A stretch of 63,603 nucleotides of DNA, filler included, from Stramenopiles sp. TOSAG23-2 (GCA_900128395.1; 12 parts of 12 records of this genome joined end to end with filler, not necessarily neighbours in it), one strand, 5' to 3'. Positions 37,180-50,126 are shown, numbered from the whole stretch's first letter. The notes: generated by a model not told the origin, from the sequence alone. Translations and numbers: made by a program.

Positions 37180-38511
37180 TTACACTTCTTCTTCATCTTC
37201 ACTCTCCAATTTATCCCAATATTCTGATAAAGAATTATTACTACTATTATCAACATCAGTATTTTCATTTTTATCATCTTTTTTCAATGCACCGTTAGTA
37301 TTATTTGTAACAATATCAATAATACCATTTATGCATTTTGGAACAATATTACGTGTCACATTGGTAGAATGACTTTGATCTGGATCTAAATTCACTTCTA
37401 TCAAATATATATTTAAATCGTCATCCAACATATAATCAAAGCCAAACAATTCAAATCCTTTACCAGTTGTCTTTAACAATGGTACAATCTCATTGATAGT
37501 TAAATACGTTTGTCGTTTCATCTGTTTATAAATAATAGTTTTCCACACATCTTCACCATAGTAATGCATCAACTGTTCATAGCTAAACATTTTAGCATCC
37601 TTTTCCTTACTCTTCGCTGTACGTAACATATCATCTTGTTTATTTTGAATGGAATTATTTGTTAAATGTATTAATTTATTATTATCTGACATGGTAAATT
37701 CAAAATTACTTAGTCGAGCATATGGTTCATTGAATGTATATATACGTAATGGATCAATGGAAGATACCAGTACCCATAAACGAATATCGAATTTAAATTT
37801 ATTTATTAATGATGGATTTGAAATATATTTTTGTATAATCATAGGTTTCTCCTCTGTCGCTACTTTTAAATGCGATTCTAAATCATTTAAATTCGATACT
37901 ATTTCAATACCACGTCCACGTGATGAACTAACGGGTTTAATAATATATGTATTGGATAATTTATTATTGTTATTGTTATTGTTAATGGTATTGTTATCAG
38001 CAACGTTGTTCTTACTATTATTATTGGCATCTAAATTATTTTCACCATCAATCACAGTAATGGATAATGCAGCAAAAATATCTTTCTTTTGTGCATCGAA
38101 ATTTTTAACAACGACAGTGAAAGGTAAACGTATTTTATCATTTTTTGATAAATTCGACCATAAGTTAGATTTGATTGATAGTTCAGTCACTCCTTGTAAA
38201 TGGTTCACGTATTGATATGCTTGAATCTTTTCAAAATTAACACGTCGATAATTAGTCCATAAAAAATCAACGATTTCATCGTCTCTGTTTTTCCTATTCT
38301 CAACAGGTTTTTCCTTCTGATTCGTATTTTTACTCTTAAAACTAATATTATTTTTTGAAATACGTTTTAATATCCACTTCCGTTTCATTAACGCTTGCCT
38401 AACATCTGTAAATTTCATATCACAAAAAAATGTCTTTTTCTCTTTCACATTTTCCTGTTTCGTTAATTTGTGTTTGTATAAATTCTTTGATGTACTTATT
38501 ACTGCTGACAT
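37180..38511 (-). CDS. Tubulin-tyrosine ligase-like (TTLL) glycylase/glutamylase
   Basis: YIIKPVSSSRGRGI, IIQKYISNPSLINKFKFDIRLWVLV, HLTNNS, FELFGFDYMLD, YLIEVN. Confidence 0.92.
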   Translation of the reverse strand: MSAVISTSKNLYKHKLTKQENVKEKKTFFCDMKFTDVRQALMKRKWILKRISKNNISFKSKNTNQKEKPVENRKNRDDEIVDFLWTNYRRVNFEKIQAYQYVNHLQGVTELSIKSNLWSNLSKNDKIRLPFTVVVKNFDAQKKDIFAALSITVIDGENNLDANNNSKNNVADNNTINNNNNNNKLSNTYIIKPVSSSRGRGIEIVSNLNDLESHLKVATEEKPMIIQKYISNPSLINKFKFDIRLWVLVSSIDPLRIYTFNEPYARLSNFEFTMSDNNKLIHLTNNSIQNKQDDMLRTAKSKEKDAKMFSYEQLMHYYGEDVWKTIIYKQMKRQTYLTINEIVPLLKTTGKGFELFGFDYMLDDDLNIYLIEVNLDPDQSHSTNVTRNIVPKCINGIIDIVTNNTNGALKKDDKNENTDVDNSSNNSLSEYWDKLESEDEEEV

Positions 38512-39208
38512 GATAACCTTTTTCTCTCATATCTATATTTATCAAATACAGTAATAATATTTCAAAAAACTATTACATAATCAAAATTAAATTAATAAAA
38601 ATTATATATATATGCATATACGTGAATTTATAGTGAAGTAGTTATTAATACAATAACATGTGTATTACAGTAGTACTCTGGCACTGTACTAGTAAAAAAA
38701 AAATAATTATAAAAAATAACAAAAAAAAAAGAAGTTTAACAGCTGAGATTTCCAGGATTTCCAGATTGCTAAGATATATATATTCTTTCTGAAATAATCG
38801 AGCGTTAAACATGGCGTCGGGGTTATAAAGTTACTTTTATTTGTTTCCTAAAAGTAGAATTATTTATTCCAAAAAAAAAAACAAAATTAAAATATAAAAA
38901 TACAATGATAAAAATATCCGCATAAATTATCTTGATAGAGGATATGCACTATACATGGTACTTACAAATAATATAATAAGAGATTTTTTGGCAGAAAGAG
39001 GTGCAAAGATCGCACGATCTATATAGATCTTCTTCATCAGGCCTGTAATCCAGCAATATATGAAATAGTTAGTCGTCTATTTCTTCTATACACAGTTGTA
39101 TATATATATATTCAGATTCAGATTCTATTGTTGAATAGAACCCCCCCACCCCCCCCCCCACCCGTATTTGTAATCTACCTGTTTTAAGAGGAAAGATTAA
39201 AATAAATA

Positions 39209-40567
39209 ATGTTAAGAAATTTCTTAAAAACGAACGCCTTATTGGCTATTAGAGGTAAATTATCCTCCAAGTGGCTACATGTAAAATATTCGAATAAATG
39301 TAATAAAAATGATCAAAATTGTTTTTATATGCCGTCGTCCTCGTTTGGAACAAGTAAAAAAGGTAAAACAGCTGAACCGTTGCGGCGTGAGTCCTCTTTT
39401 GAATCTTCAAAATCTCCGGAGATATACGGGTCAAAAGAATATGATTCATCTCTTGATCCACCTCCACCACCACCGGCAACTATTATAGATTGGCATTTAC
39501 CACCGCAAGACAACTTTTCCAATATTTCTGTACAAAATAGTTGCATCGAAAAATCCGAGAGTGATATCAATCATATCAAGAATGAAAATGGTAGTCTTGG
39601 AAATTATAAGGAGAATAATAAAAAGGGTAGTAAATACAATGACGGAATAGTTGATAATAATGATTTAAGAATAAATAATAGTAAGAAAATGAATAATAAT
39701 AATAATAATAAAATGATTCCAATCAGGGCATATTTTATTGGAACAGAAATTGATATAGTAAAATTATACCAGAACGCAATTGGTGGCCCGGACAATTACG
39801 CTTTGCGGAAAGATACGGTGATTGCGACATTATTAGATGAGGCGGAAGAAGCTGGCTACGCTTTTTTCTTTGAATATGGAGCTGTTGTATTTTGCCGTTT
39901 AGATCAAGCAAAGCAAAAAAGTTGTTTACAAACTGCTAAATATTATAGTTCCACATTGGTACATAATCCAGAATCTGATGAGTTATTGTGCAGTGAAGAT
40001 CCAGCATTATCAAAAGTGCATTTGTTAAAAGATGGCAAATTAACGTTGAAAAATGCTGATTTAAGTACTATACGAGTGGTAGCGGGCATTTTAGGACAAA
40101 GCGTTGCTTTGGATCATCACGAGCGCGAAGTAGATGCTTTGTTGGATATGTTTAATTCATTGAATGGTAATATCGAAAATACTGGGAAAATGGACATGAA
40201 AGATGATGATTTATACCGTTTAATTGCGAAAAATAATAGAATATTGACTGATGTAATAGCAAAATTCAATGTTATGGATCAAGCCAGACCAGCAGGTGAA
40301 ACTGAACTGTGGAATATACCAGATCATTACTCATTGTGGGATAGACTTCGAGATGAATTTGAAATTAAGACGCGGTTTGTAAGCATGGAATATAAATTGG
40401 AATTAATACGGGAAAATACGAAATTTTTTGTTGATGTATTGGCACATAAACAGGGCACAAGATTGGAATGGGCAATTATAGTTTTAATATTCATGGAACT
40501 TCTAATTGCTATTGGAGATCATGTAGATTTCATAGCTATTAAGGAAATGATGGGAATCTTGTCCTGA
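39209..40567 (+). CDS. RMND1/Rmd1-like DUF155 protein, probably mitochondrial
   Basis: FFFEYGAVVF, LGQSVALDHHE, LRDEFEIKTRF, RLEWAIIVLIFMEL; basic N-terminal presequence-like segment. Confidence 0.88.
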   Translation: MLRNFLKTNALLAIRGKLSSKWLHVKYSNKCNKNDQNCFYMPSSSFGTSKKGKTAEPLRRESSFESSKSPEIYGSKEYDSSLDPPPPPPATIIDWHLPPQDNFSNISVQNSCIEKSESDINHIKNENGSLGNYKENNKKGSKYNDGIVDNNDLRINNSKKMNNNNNNKMIPIRAYFIGTEIDIVKLYQNAIGGPDNYALRKDTVIATLLDEAEEAGYAFFFEYGAVVFCRLDQAKQKSCLQTAKYYSSTLVHNPESDELLCSEDPALSKVHLLKDGKLTLKNADLSTIRVVAGILGQSVALDHHEREVDALLDMFNSLNGNIENTGKMDMKDDDLYRLIAKNNRILTDVIAKFNVMDQARPAGETELWNIPDHYSLWDRLRDEFEIKTRFVSMEYKLELIRENTKFFVDVLAHKQGTRLEWAIIVLIFMELLIAIGDHVDFIAIKEMMGILS

Positions 40568-40645
40568 TATTATAGTGCTGTGTATATCTGCGTGTCTATA
40601 TGATGTACGAATGCGTATATCTAAGATTATATATAATTTAATTAA

Positions 40646-42639
40646 TATAATCACTTATTCCGCTGTGTGGAACCTGCAATCACATCAAAAATAGCTGATA
40701 AATTGGATAAGTGGTTCTTTGATCAAGTCTGTGAGTTCATTTGCCCACACTGGGAGAACACGGATTGTGCTTTATTCCGACACTTCATGACCCCAGTATC
40801 ATATGGTGGTTCCGGCATGACTCCATTCCGCACGAAAATTGATGTTGCATATGTCGCATCTTGGATTGATTGTCTTTTTGACAAAGGTATCGCTTTCAAT
40901 GGAAAATTACCAGATGGCTCCAAGCCATTATCAAGCATGCATGGAATATTTGCCCCCCTAGCTCCCACACGAGAGGAGCTACAAACGGCACCATTAACGA
41001 CACAACCTGGGAGTACGCATCATCAACTTCTCCAATTATGGGCTTCCAACTTTAAGATATTGAATTTTAGTGCCATCGATGCGAATGTTAAATCATTTAA
41101 AGCTTTTCAGGAAGCTTGCAAAAGGCTAATGGAAGTCCCCGAAATACGCAGAGCTTGCTTTGAATCGCCGTTGGCGTATCATGCCATCAATGGCAAGCAT
41201 TGTTACATTCATCCGCGCCTCGGCATTCCGCTTCCGTCACGCGCAACTCTTTCTGGCAGTGTTTTATGGGATAATATCCAACACCGTAACTTTGAGCGAT
41301 TACCTACAAATAAACGAGATGATGCCTTGCCTTTCGCACATAGCAATTTTAAAAAGTCAACTGCATATGCCAAAATACCTCATAGTATCAGTCATATTCA
41401 GAACAATATTGCAACTGCGTTTTATGATCAACATTTATCATCAGGGGAATGCCTGATCTGGTTCTTAGGCCGCCCTGATGACGATGGTTCCTCATCTGCA
41501 CCTTTTTGGAAAATTGATACCATCCCAGACGGTGTTGATGAAGATGGTAACGATCAATTTAAACCGCTGGCTCCTCGCAAACGTGTGCAATCCATATTGC
41601 AACGACACCTCATGGACTCCATCATGAACATTTACCTTGATGATCGATATCCGGATATTTCCACGTTTGCTTCCCCACGTGATTGCATATCTGATGATCC
41701 AATTCAACTATTAAGTTCGTACAAACCCATGTCCAAGGAAAGACGAGTATTAATGTATACTTCATTAACTGGAGCCAAAACAGGATGGTCATTGTTCCAC
41801 TTGTCAAATCGACCAAATTGGGAACTCAGCAACTCGCGGACTTTTTGGCATGCCATGGACATGAAATTTCAGCGTTTCTTGAAAGAATATCGTGAACTCC
41901 GCATACACTGCAATGGGCGTTCCCATCTCGGGTTTTGCCCTGGTGCAACTCATGCTGGTGCGGCGCATCCGAATGCACGCCAAAATGCACGAGGTGGCAG
42001 ATGCCTTAACAACTGTACCAAGGGCGGGAAATATGCACTTCATGATGCAGTCCAAAATGCTTTAGTTAAAGCTCTGAATGGTGACAATATCAAAGCTGTT
42101 GCGATTGAAGCCCACCCATATTCGACCGAAACGAATCGCACAGATATTTCGATTTCCTCTGCAGAGAAGCCAGATGAACTTCTATTTTATGTCGATACAA
42201 CAATTACAAACAAAACCCAACCTAAGATACCAAAACTACGAAAATTAACCGTCGAGAATGATCCTCTTGACTGCTGCCAAAACTTATTGATGAATACGAT
42301 GGTCGTTAACAACCACATTTTCCAAGCTTCAAAATTAAAATTACAAAAGTACAAAAGAAGCCATGAAAGTGCACGTGCTAACGGTTCTCATTCTAATGCA
42401 TCAATAGTTCCATTCGCAGTCGATACGCTAGGTAATTTTTGCTCCGTTGCTATTACCTTCTTAAAAGCAATTGCTAAAACAAAGTTTGCAAAAATCTCGA
42501 ACAAAGCCGAAGTAAGGGAGCTCGCAGCTTCTAATTGGATTTCTACTACGTGTAGAGATATACAAACCGCGATTATTAAGACTTGCGCCTATAATAATCG
42601 TTTTGCTTTAAAATGTGCATTTGGTGAGTCGTATAATGA
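40646..42639 (+). mobile_element. 5'-truncated non-LTR retrotransposon with restriction-like endonuclease (CRE-like); 3' end cut by contig end
   Basis: Post-RT NHLFRCVEP, PVSYGGSGM and AYVASW; zinc-knuckle region CTKGGKYALHDAV; RLE RTDI...VDTT...KLQKY; IVPFAVDTLGNF; visibly GC-richer than the flanks; no RT core and no ATG start. Confidence 0.8.
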
Positions 42640-42739
42640 NNNNNNNNNNNNNNNNNNNNNNNNNNNNNNNNNNNNNNNNNNNNTTAATTAATTAANNNNN
42701 NNNNNNNNNNNNNNNNNNNNNNNNNNNNNNNNNNNNNNN

Positions 42740-42835
42740 ATGATAATTCCTACTCTTCAAAAGAATAAAATAACTGAAATAATCTATCTCACACTAGTGT
42801 GTTGATATTCTATAAATATATCATTCTCTTACTCT
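42740..42835 (-). repeat. Dispersed repeat, copy C
   Basis: Reverse complement aligns to 5002-5078. Confidence 0.75.
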
Positions 42836-43043
42836 GGATATATATATATATTATACTTTATTATTATATTCTGTTTTAGAAATAAAAAAATACTTTTATG
42901 ATATTTCATGACACTGCTGATACATTAGCATTCAAATAATATCCTCCATCAATCCATCATCACAATGTAATATGTATCATGTTAAAAGATCTGGTGAATC
43001 TTGATATGACTATTTTCAAGAATTATCAATATCCCTTTTTTCT

Positions 43044-46000
43044 CTAGATAAAATCTTCAAAGATCAATTCTGATTCAATTAATTTTGCAACTTTGTGAAA
43101 TGCTGCTTGCAAACCAGCAGTTCCGGTATTTGCATGTACGAAAATACCTTTTGGTGATGCTTTTGATATTTGGACCAATGGATTAATATCAATATCCCCT
43201 CCCAAACCAACAATTGCACATCCAGTTACCTTACTTGTTCTTAGCATATCACAAACGGTACGCGCAGTAGATTTACTACTATTGTCGTCGCCATCTGTCA
43301 ACGCAACAATCCATTGAGCATTTTCAATATTAGTGCTCGTATTAATAGCATTGATTCCAGTTTGAAGTGCATCATAAAATGCTGTTCCTCCAGTTGGTCG
43401 TACTAAATTTACAATCTTTTGGCGTAAATTTGCACTCTTTTGCTGCAAATTAAATATGGTATTAACGCTTCTATTAAACGTAATCATCATAACATTATCA
43501 AAATCGGATACATATTGATCGTAGACCATTAATAAATTATCCACCGCTTTGCGTATACGGCCACCTGACATACTGCCACTGTAATCCAATATGAAAACAA
43601 CATCTTTTGGTTTTGCTGGAAACAATACTGCCAATGCCCCTTCAGCTCTTTGTGTCAATTCTTGATTACCTGTCATGTTGCCAAGACGAGTCATCTCTTG
43701 CAATGCTGTTCTAATATTAGTCATATCAGTAAATTGGCATGAAACCAATGAATCTTGTAAAATTTGCATAGCAGCTACAAATTGGTTAAGGTCGATAAAC
43801 AAAGTGCCTAAATTCACCATCGCACTTTGTCTTGCAACCAGCAACTCATTGACTGGGACGCTATTTATGTTCACTGGATTATTGCAATATTGCAATACAT
43901 TTAGGTATTCCATTCTTGCTCGCTCCATTTCACCATTTGATTTGTAAAGTTGTCCCATTTTTATACGTTTTTTACACATTCCTAACGCATTGTTAATTTC
44001 AGTGTCTTCGTCGATACATAGTGATAGGTCCTTTCGTGCCTCTTGGACCCGGCCTAATTTTACTTTCAATGAAGCTAAATTGCTTTTACGATCAGACAAT
44101 ATTTTTCTTGCCTTCATCTCCGTAGTTTTCCCTTTGCAATCTACAAGCGTTTTCTCCGCAATAGCAATTGCCTTCTTTAAATGATTTTCAGCGTTTTCAA
44201 ATTTTCCCATACGGATTTCAACATTTCCAATATTATTATGAGCAATGCCCATACCAATGTCGCTTCCATGGGATCGAAATAATTCTAATGCATCTTGGAA
44301 CGTTAACAATGCACGATCTAGGTCACCTTTTAGGTAATGGTCGCTTTGGAAACGTAGCGCAACAATCATTCCGCTAAATGCCTTTAACAATGCTTTCATT
44401 TCCATTGATGCCGCTTCATTTTCATCTAAATCAAGATGTTCAAGATCATCCTTTAAAATTGTAACACAAATTTCAGTCAGTTGTTCCAACGGCTTTATCA
44501 ATGTTCCTGATACATACAGAATGACAAATAATGTGAAGCCGACAAATACAAGCATAAGAATTATCAATGATGCAACATTAGCACTTACTACACTTTCGAT
44601 TTCTTTATTGATTTTCAGCAATGGATCTTTAATTTCATGCAATGGAACCGTCACAATTACATAGTAATGAGCAGTTCCTGATTTCACTTCACCAACTTCA
44701 AGTTTCCATGTTTCACCTCCACGCTCATATTCACTCGCAGCTGCACCATCAGCCGGGTTTAAAAGTAAATCTAATACATTCCCTTGAAATGTTGTCCATT
44801 CTTCTGATGAAAAAGCCAATTTAGGGTCGGCATTTTCAATGCATCGTAAGGTTTTATCTACATGACATATTGCAGTTTTCGATTTAGAATATTTTTCTAA
44901 ATTAGGATGAATAATTACATGTGGTGGATTGCCAATACCATTTTCAAATTTAATTACATACGAGTAACCACTTTGTTGTACTTTTAATTGATTAACTGCA
45001 TTAGATAAATCATTTACCAATACATTAAAATTTAATACCCCATGTATTGTGCCAGACGGGCTACGGCCACTACGAATAGGCGTAACTGCAGTGACTACAA
45101 CGTTGCCACCTGATGATACCCGTGGATTTTCAAAGAAAATCTTTGTTGGATCTGATCCTGCAATTGCTGTTTGATACCATTGTCTACAATGTGGATTGTA
45201 TGCTGGGCATGTTCCTTGGCTAAGATCTGAATAAGGAGTACAGCCAGTACATTCAGCAGTGCAATCAGCGGCATCAAGACTTTCAACGTAACATTTCGAT
45301 GGTTTTCCATATGATTTCAACCTGAAATCAAATATTCTTGTTTGCGTAGTTGCTGCATCACCTGTTTGTATAAAATCCAAATTATGATGAGCATGGTAAC
45401 ATGATTTGAATTTTATATCGAGCAATGACGTCTCCTTTGTTGCAGCTAAATCTCGATATTGCATACAACTTGATGTTTTGCTGCATAAAAATTGTTCCTT
45501 GTAAAAGTACCCACTAGCACCATCCCAATGACTTTTAGAATTTGGCATTACAGTGGAAGGTGGATCATGCACCATATCTAACTTATCCATGGACCATGAT
45601 TGTACATGTGAACCAGCATTTGCATGTATTAAACCATCTTCTAAACGTGTGTAATATGCTGCCACTAGATGGGAATCCAACGCAATCTTGTCGAAAAAAG
45701 TTGTGATAAAACCTTTTTTAACGTGTACAATACTTTTTAACGTATTTTGTTCTTCCTCTATCATTAAATCCAGCGTTTTTACCATCCACATTGGAGAATC
45801 AGTACCTACTTTTGAAAGTGATATGATTGTCGTCATTATCAAGCCCGCGAATAATATTGTAACAAATGGTACTTTCAAACACCAATTCATTGAGAAATAT
45901 CGCCAGCCTCTATTTTTGTTGTTACCCACTGCTATTGCAAGAGGTAAATTCACATCAACCTGATTAGCTACCTCGTTAGTGTGCTTCGTCTTATATGCGG

Positions 46001-48033
46001 TTGCTATTGCATCCAGGCGTTCAACTTTAATTGTTATCTGTTTCGTCTCATCGGCACGCAATTGATTCAAACGATCCAAATCATATGCAATAACTGGCGC
46101 AACATTAACACTTCCATCTTTTTGTTTACCAACACCTTCCGTAATGAACAATGGGTTCATCGGAAATTTTGGTTTGTTTCGTTTCCGTTGTTCGACTGTG
46201 TACAATTTTTCAACCAATTTTCGAATCACATCTGCAAGTACGCCAATTTCATCCCCTGTCGCTACTTGATCCAATAAATCCACACATCCTTCATAGTTTT
46301 TTGTCTCCGAGGTTGCCATATTAATAATTTGTTCAGCAACTGCTTTAATATTATTCATTGGCGTTGATATGCGTATGGACAAAAACGTTACAAACGCTGT
46401 CATTAATGCTCCCGTAATTAACATACCGAATAAATTAACAAGTATCGAAAACGTCGTTGTGCTTGTAACATCCTCTTCTAATTTTGGATACGTTGTAAAC
46501 ATATCTGAACGTTTACTATATACCAATGCAATTAAGGCATCATTGTACAATGATACATATGCAACGTACCAAATTTCATCATCCTTATCTGTATAAGTAA
46601 GCACACCGGATCCGGATGTTGGGATATCTGGATGTCCTGGAACTATTTCTTTAAGCGTTCTGAAACCACCTTTTGGTAGATTTCTATTATCATCAAACAA
46701 AGCTTTATCTTCCATTTGGTTATATACCAATACTTCTTCGGATTTTGCTTTAATTATTGCACTATAACCATGCCCATCAAATTTAATGCCTTGAACTAAA
46801 TCCCGAACATCTTTCAACAACATTACCGCAGTAGCAACTATGGTCACTTCACCATTTAATACTTGATTTATATAATCTTTAAACGTTTTTCTTGTCGATA
46901 AATTAATAACCAATTCTTTTGTGAATGTTTCTTTATATGCATTCAAATATACGTCATCTTCTGGTGCTTTTTTAAACCAACCACGATGTGGTGGATCCTG
47001 TATTAAATAAAATTATTATAAATATAAAAATGTAATTATATATATATATATAAATATTAATGTTAGAGACGACTGCTTTTGTTGTTGTTATATTTGAAAG
47101 TTATATGTGTGTATATATATATATATATCATTGCATGTAACTTACGTATGGATCCGTTGGGATTGGATTAGTTTTTATAATACCAGGGTATGTACGATGT
47201 ACCGATATATATTCTTGAGGTGCACTTGGCTTTGCAAATTTGTATTGTACACTGCCATAAAACATCACTGTAGTATCTGGACCTTTGTCGAAAATTTCTT
47301 TCCAATCAGAATCTAATAACTCAGTATTTTTCATAATTGTATTTGCAATTTGACCTCTTTCCAATGATGGATCACAGAAATTAGCCCATGTGTCATCGGA
47401 TTGCGCAGCAAGTTTGACATCACTATCCCGTTGTTTTTGCATTAAATATACCGACGAATGATCGGTTGAACCAAGAAAATTAGTCAACCTCGACCGTGGT
47501 GGGGATAAGTCTCCAAAATCACTCGGTTTACAGACTGCGGTGGCATTAATATTATTTTCAGAACATGCATTTGGATCGTTTGTATGAAATGTGCCAAATA
47601 TATATTCACGATACGATGCAAATTTCGGTGCTTTTACGGGCAAGTCGGAGTACAACTTTGGCAAATTATTTTGAGAATTTGGCGCATGCACCATTTGCGT
47701 GTCTGGGTATGTTTTCAATAAAGCTTCATGTTGTTTAGCAACAGTCATTGAAATGGAGTCTCCCATAAACGTTAAACGTTCTTGTACAGCAAGTGCAATT
47801 TCTTCTGCCATAATTTTCGTATTCGTTTGAATTTGTTTTTCTAAAGATGCTCTTGCAACCTCCAGCGTATTATCTTTCAAGGTAAGCGTTAAAATCAGAG
47901 ACAACAGAAATACAAGTGATAATATGGTTACACCAACAAACATCAATGCAGTGACAATCTGTCTTCGTATACTAGATTCTGTCGAAAATGTTTTTGGAAA
48001 ACATCTTTTTAAAGCTGCTTTCACAAATGGCAT
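43044..48033 (-). CDS. Membrane receptor: (TM-dCache-TM-HAMP) x2, TPRs, C-terminal vWA; exons 48033-47146 and 46997-43044; about 1613 aa
   Basis: Spliced junction TDPY|DPPHRGWF recreates the dCache YDP-R-W motif; second YNPHCRQWY and GYSYVI...IIHP; HAMP P...DEIGVLA; TPR AHNNIGNVEIRMGKFENAENHLKKA; MIDAS DYSGS, GGTAFYDAL, LTDGDDN. Confidence 0.85.
46998..47145 (-). other. Spliceosomal intron, 148 bp, phase 0
   Basis: On the minus strand: GTAAGT donor at 47145, a CTAAC motif near 47062, TACAG acceptor at 46998; joins two ORFs in frame. Confidence 0.9.
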
Positions 48034-48330
48034 AATTTTGATGGAATGTAGTAATTATATTTTAAATATTATTATTTTTTTTTGGTAGTAAAAAAAAGTA
48101 ACTATAAATATAAAACACGATATGCGTACAAAAATATGGTCTTGTAAAATGTTTGTTTCTTTGTATTTATAATGTTGTTTATTGTTATGTTATGTATACA
48201 CTTTCCAAAACTAATATTGTATATACAGTAAATAATGTTGGTGATGGGTATATTCAGAAGTATATATAGTATATGCTGTAACAGTCACACATCATCGTCG
48301 GGATCATCACCCCAACAACAAAACAACAAC

Positions 48331-48703
48331 AAAGATTTTATTTTTTTTTGATGATCTCCAATGGTATTTCCATGTACCCACAGAGGAGCAGAGGAGCACC
48401 AACCGGAAAATGGAAAAAATCGGGATCACCAAAAGATTTTTTTTTTTTTTGATGATCTCCAATGGTATTTCCATGTACCCACAGAGGAGCAGAGGAGCAC
48501 CAACCGGAAAATGGAAAAAATCGGGATCACCAAAAGATTTTATTTTTTTTTGATGATCTCCAATGGTATTTCCATGTACCCACAGAGGAGCAGAGGAGCA
48601 CCAACCGGAAAATGGAAAAAATCGGGATCACCAAAAGATTTTATTTTTTTTTGATGATCTCCAATGGTATTTCCATGTACCCACAGAGGAGCAGAGGAGC
48701 ACC
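48331..48703. repeat. 101-bp tandem repeat, about 3.7 near-identical copies, running into the contig end
   Basis: Unit AAAGATTTTATTTTTTTTTGATGATCTCCAATGGTATTTCCATGTACCCACAGAGGAGCAGAGGAGCACCAACCGGAAAATGGAAAAAATCGGGATCACCA. Confidence 0.95.
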
Positions 48704-49314
48704 NNNNNNNNNNNNNNNNNNNNNNNNNNNNNNNNNNNNNNNNNNNNTTAATTAATTAANNNNNNNNNNNNNNNNNNNNNNNNNNNNNNNNNNNNNNNNN
48801 NNNCATATTTTAATGGGAAATATAGAAATATTCAGGAATAACATGGTCATAGGCTTGAGAAACTTGAAAAGTAAATTTCCTCCTTTTTAATGAGGTGATT
48901 AAGGTGTAATTCAGACATAGCATGCAAATAGGACTGGATTTGATCCTTTTTTACCCGTGTTAGTTTTAGGGTTATTTTAATCGACTTAAACTTGAGGCGT
49001 TAACAGGCACACAGCATTATAACACAAAACGAGATAAAAAGTGTTGCACCCGGCAAAAAAGCCACATTTCAATAATTCGCACGTAAAGTTAACATAGCAA
49101 TAGTATCAGCTAACACGACACGCAAAACACATATATTTCATAAATAGATACACGACAGAAAAATAGATAATAGAGAAAGAAAAAAGAGAAAACAAAACAA
49201 AACAAAGATTAAAACAAACATTAAAACAAACACAAACATTAAATTATATTAATTCGATTAATTAATTTACCAACAACAAAAAAACATTTATTTTATTAAA
49301 AACAATATTAAAGT

Positions 49315-49345
49315 ATGAGTTCACGAAATGAAACAAAATCATTAA
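49315..49345 (+). CDS. Putative short first exon (MSSRNETKSL) of the UBL-ankyrin gene
   Basis: ATG at 49315; phase-1 GTAAGT donor at 49346; pyrimidine-rich TTCTTTTTCAG acceptor ending 50126 in the matching phase; the downstream ORF has no early ATG. Confidence 0.5.
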
Positions 49346-50126
49346 GTAAGTAAATAACATATAAATACGCTTAAAAATGCTTCTTCCCATTTTTACATTC
49401 AATCATTCATACAATAAAATTATCATCCATATAATTTGTATACATCAAATACGTTTTTAAGATGTATTGTTCATTATGAATTTAATATCAATTGACTATC
49501 GTAAACAAGATCATGTCAATACGTAAATATCGTTAAATATGTATGTACGTATACACCTGTGCAGTTAATGAATTGAACATTTTTAGAATTTCAACAATAT
49601 TTTTTTGTGCTTCGGTATATATGAAGAGGTTCAATTTGTAGTATTTTTGGTATACTAATATATAGGGTATAAGATCGTTTAAGTATACAAAACCCGATGA
49701 AAATAGATATGAAATATTGAATATTGAAATATATATCTTTTAGAGATGATGTATATACAGTATATATGTATATATCGCTATATACGATGATATTAAATAT
49801 GTGATGGAAAGATGATAACAGTAGATAGATGTAGACGACAGAAGATCATATATAATGTAGACGATCAATAGTAAATATTAAATACAACCATCATGCATCT
49901 CAAACGTATTTGATGTATAAACAAAGTACTTATATAAGGATGATGATGATTTTATTGTATATAAATTATTGAATGTAAAATAAAAATATTGCATTAAGAA
50001 CATATATATAGAGCAAACAGTCCAACTAACAGAAACATATATATATACATATACATACATAATAATAAGATTGGGTTGCCGCTGTTAAAAATAGTACTTC
50101 GCAATACAAGCTATCTTCTTTTTCAG

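Noticed and set aside
39141..39163. C-tract with G-quadruplex potential in the TTLL/RMND1 divergent promoter (also a G-run near 23260)
   Set aside because: Simple homopolymer-like tract with no supporting evidence of function
48361..48755. ORFs 48361-48654, 48462-48755 and 48563-48751
   Set aside because: Translations of a 101-bp (non-3n) satellite
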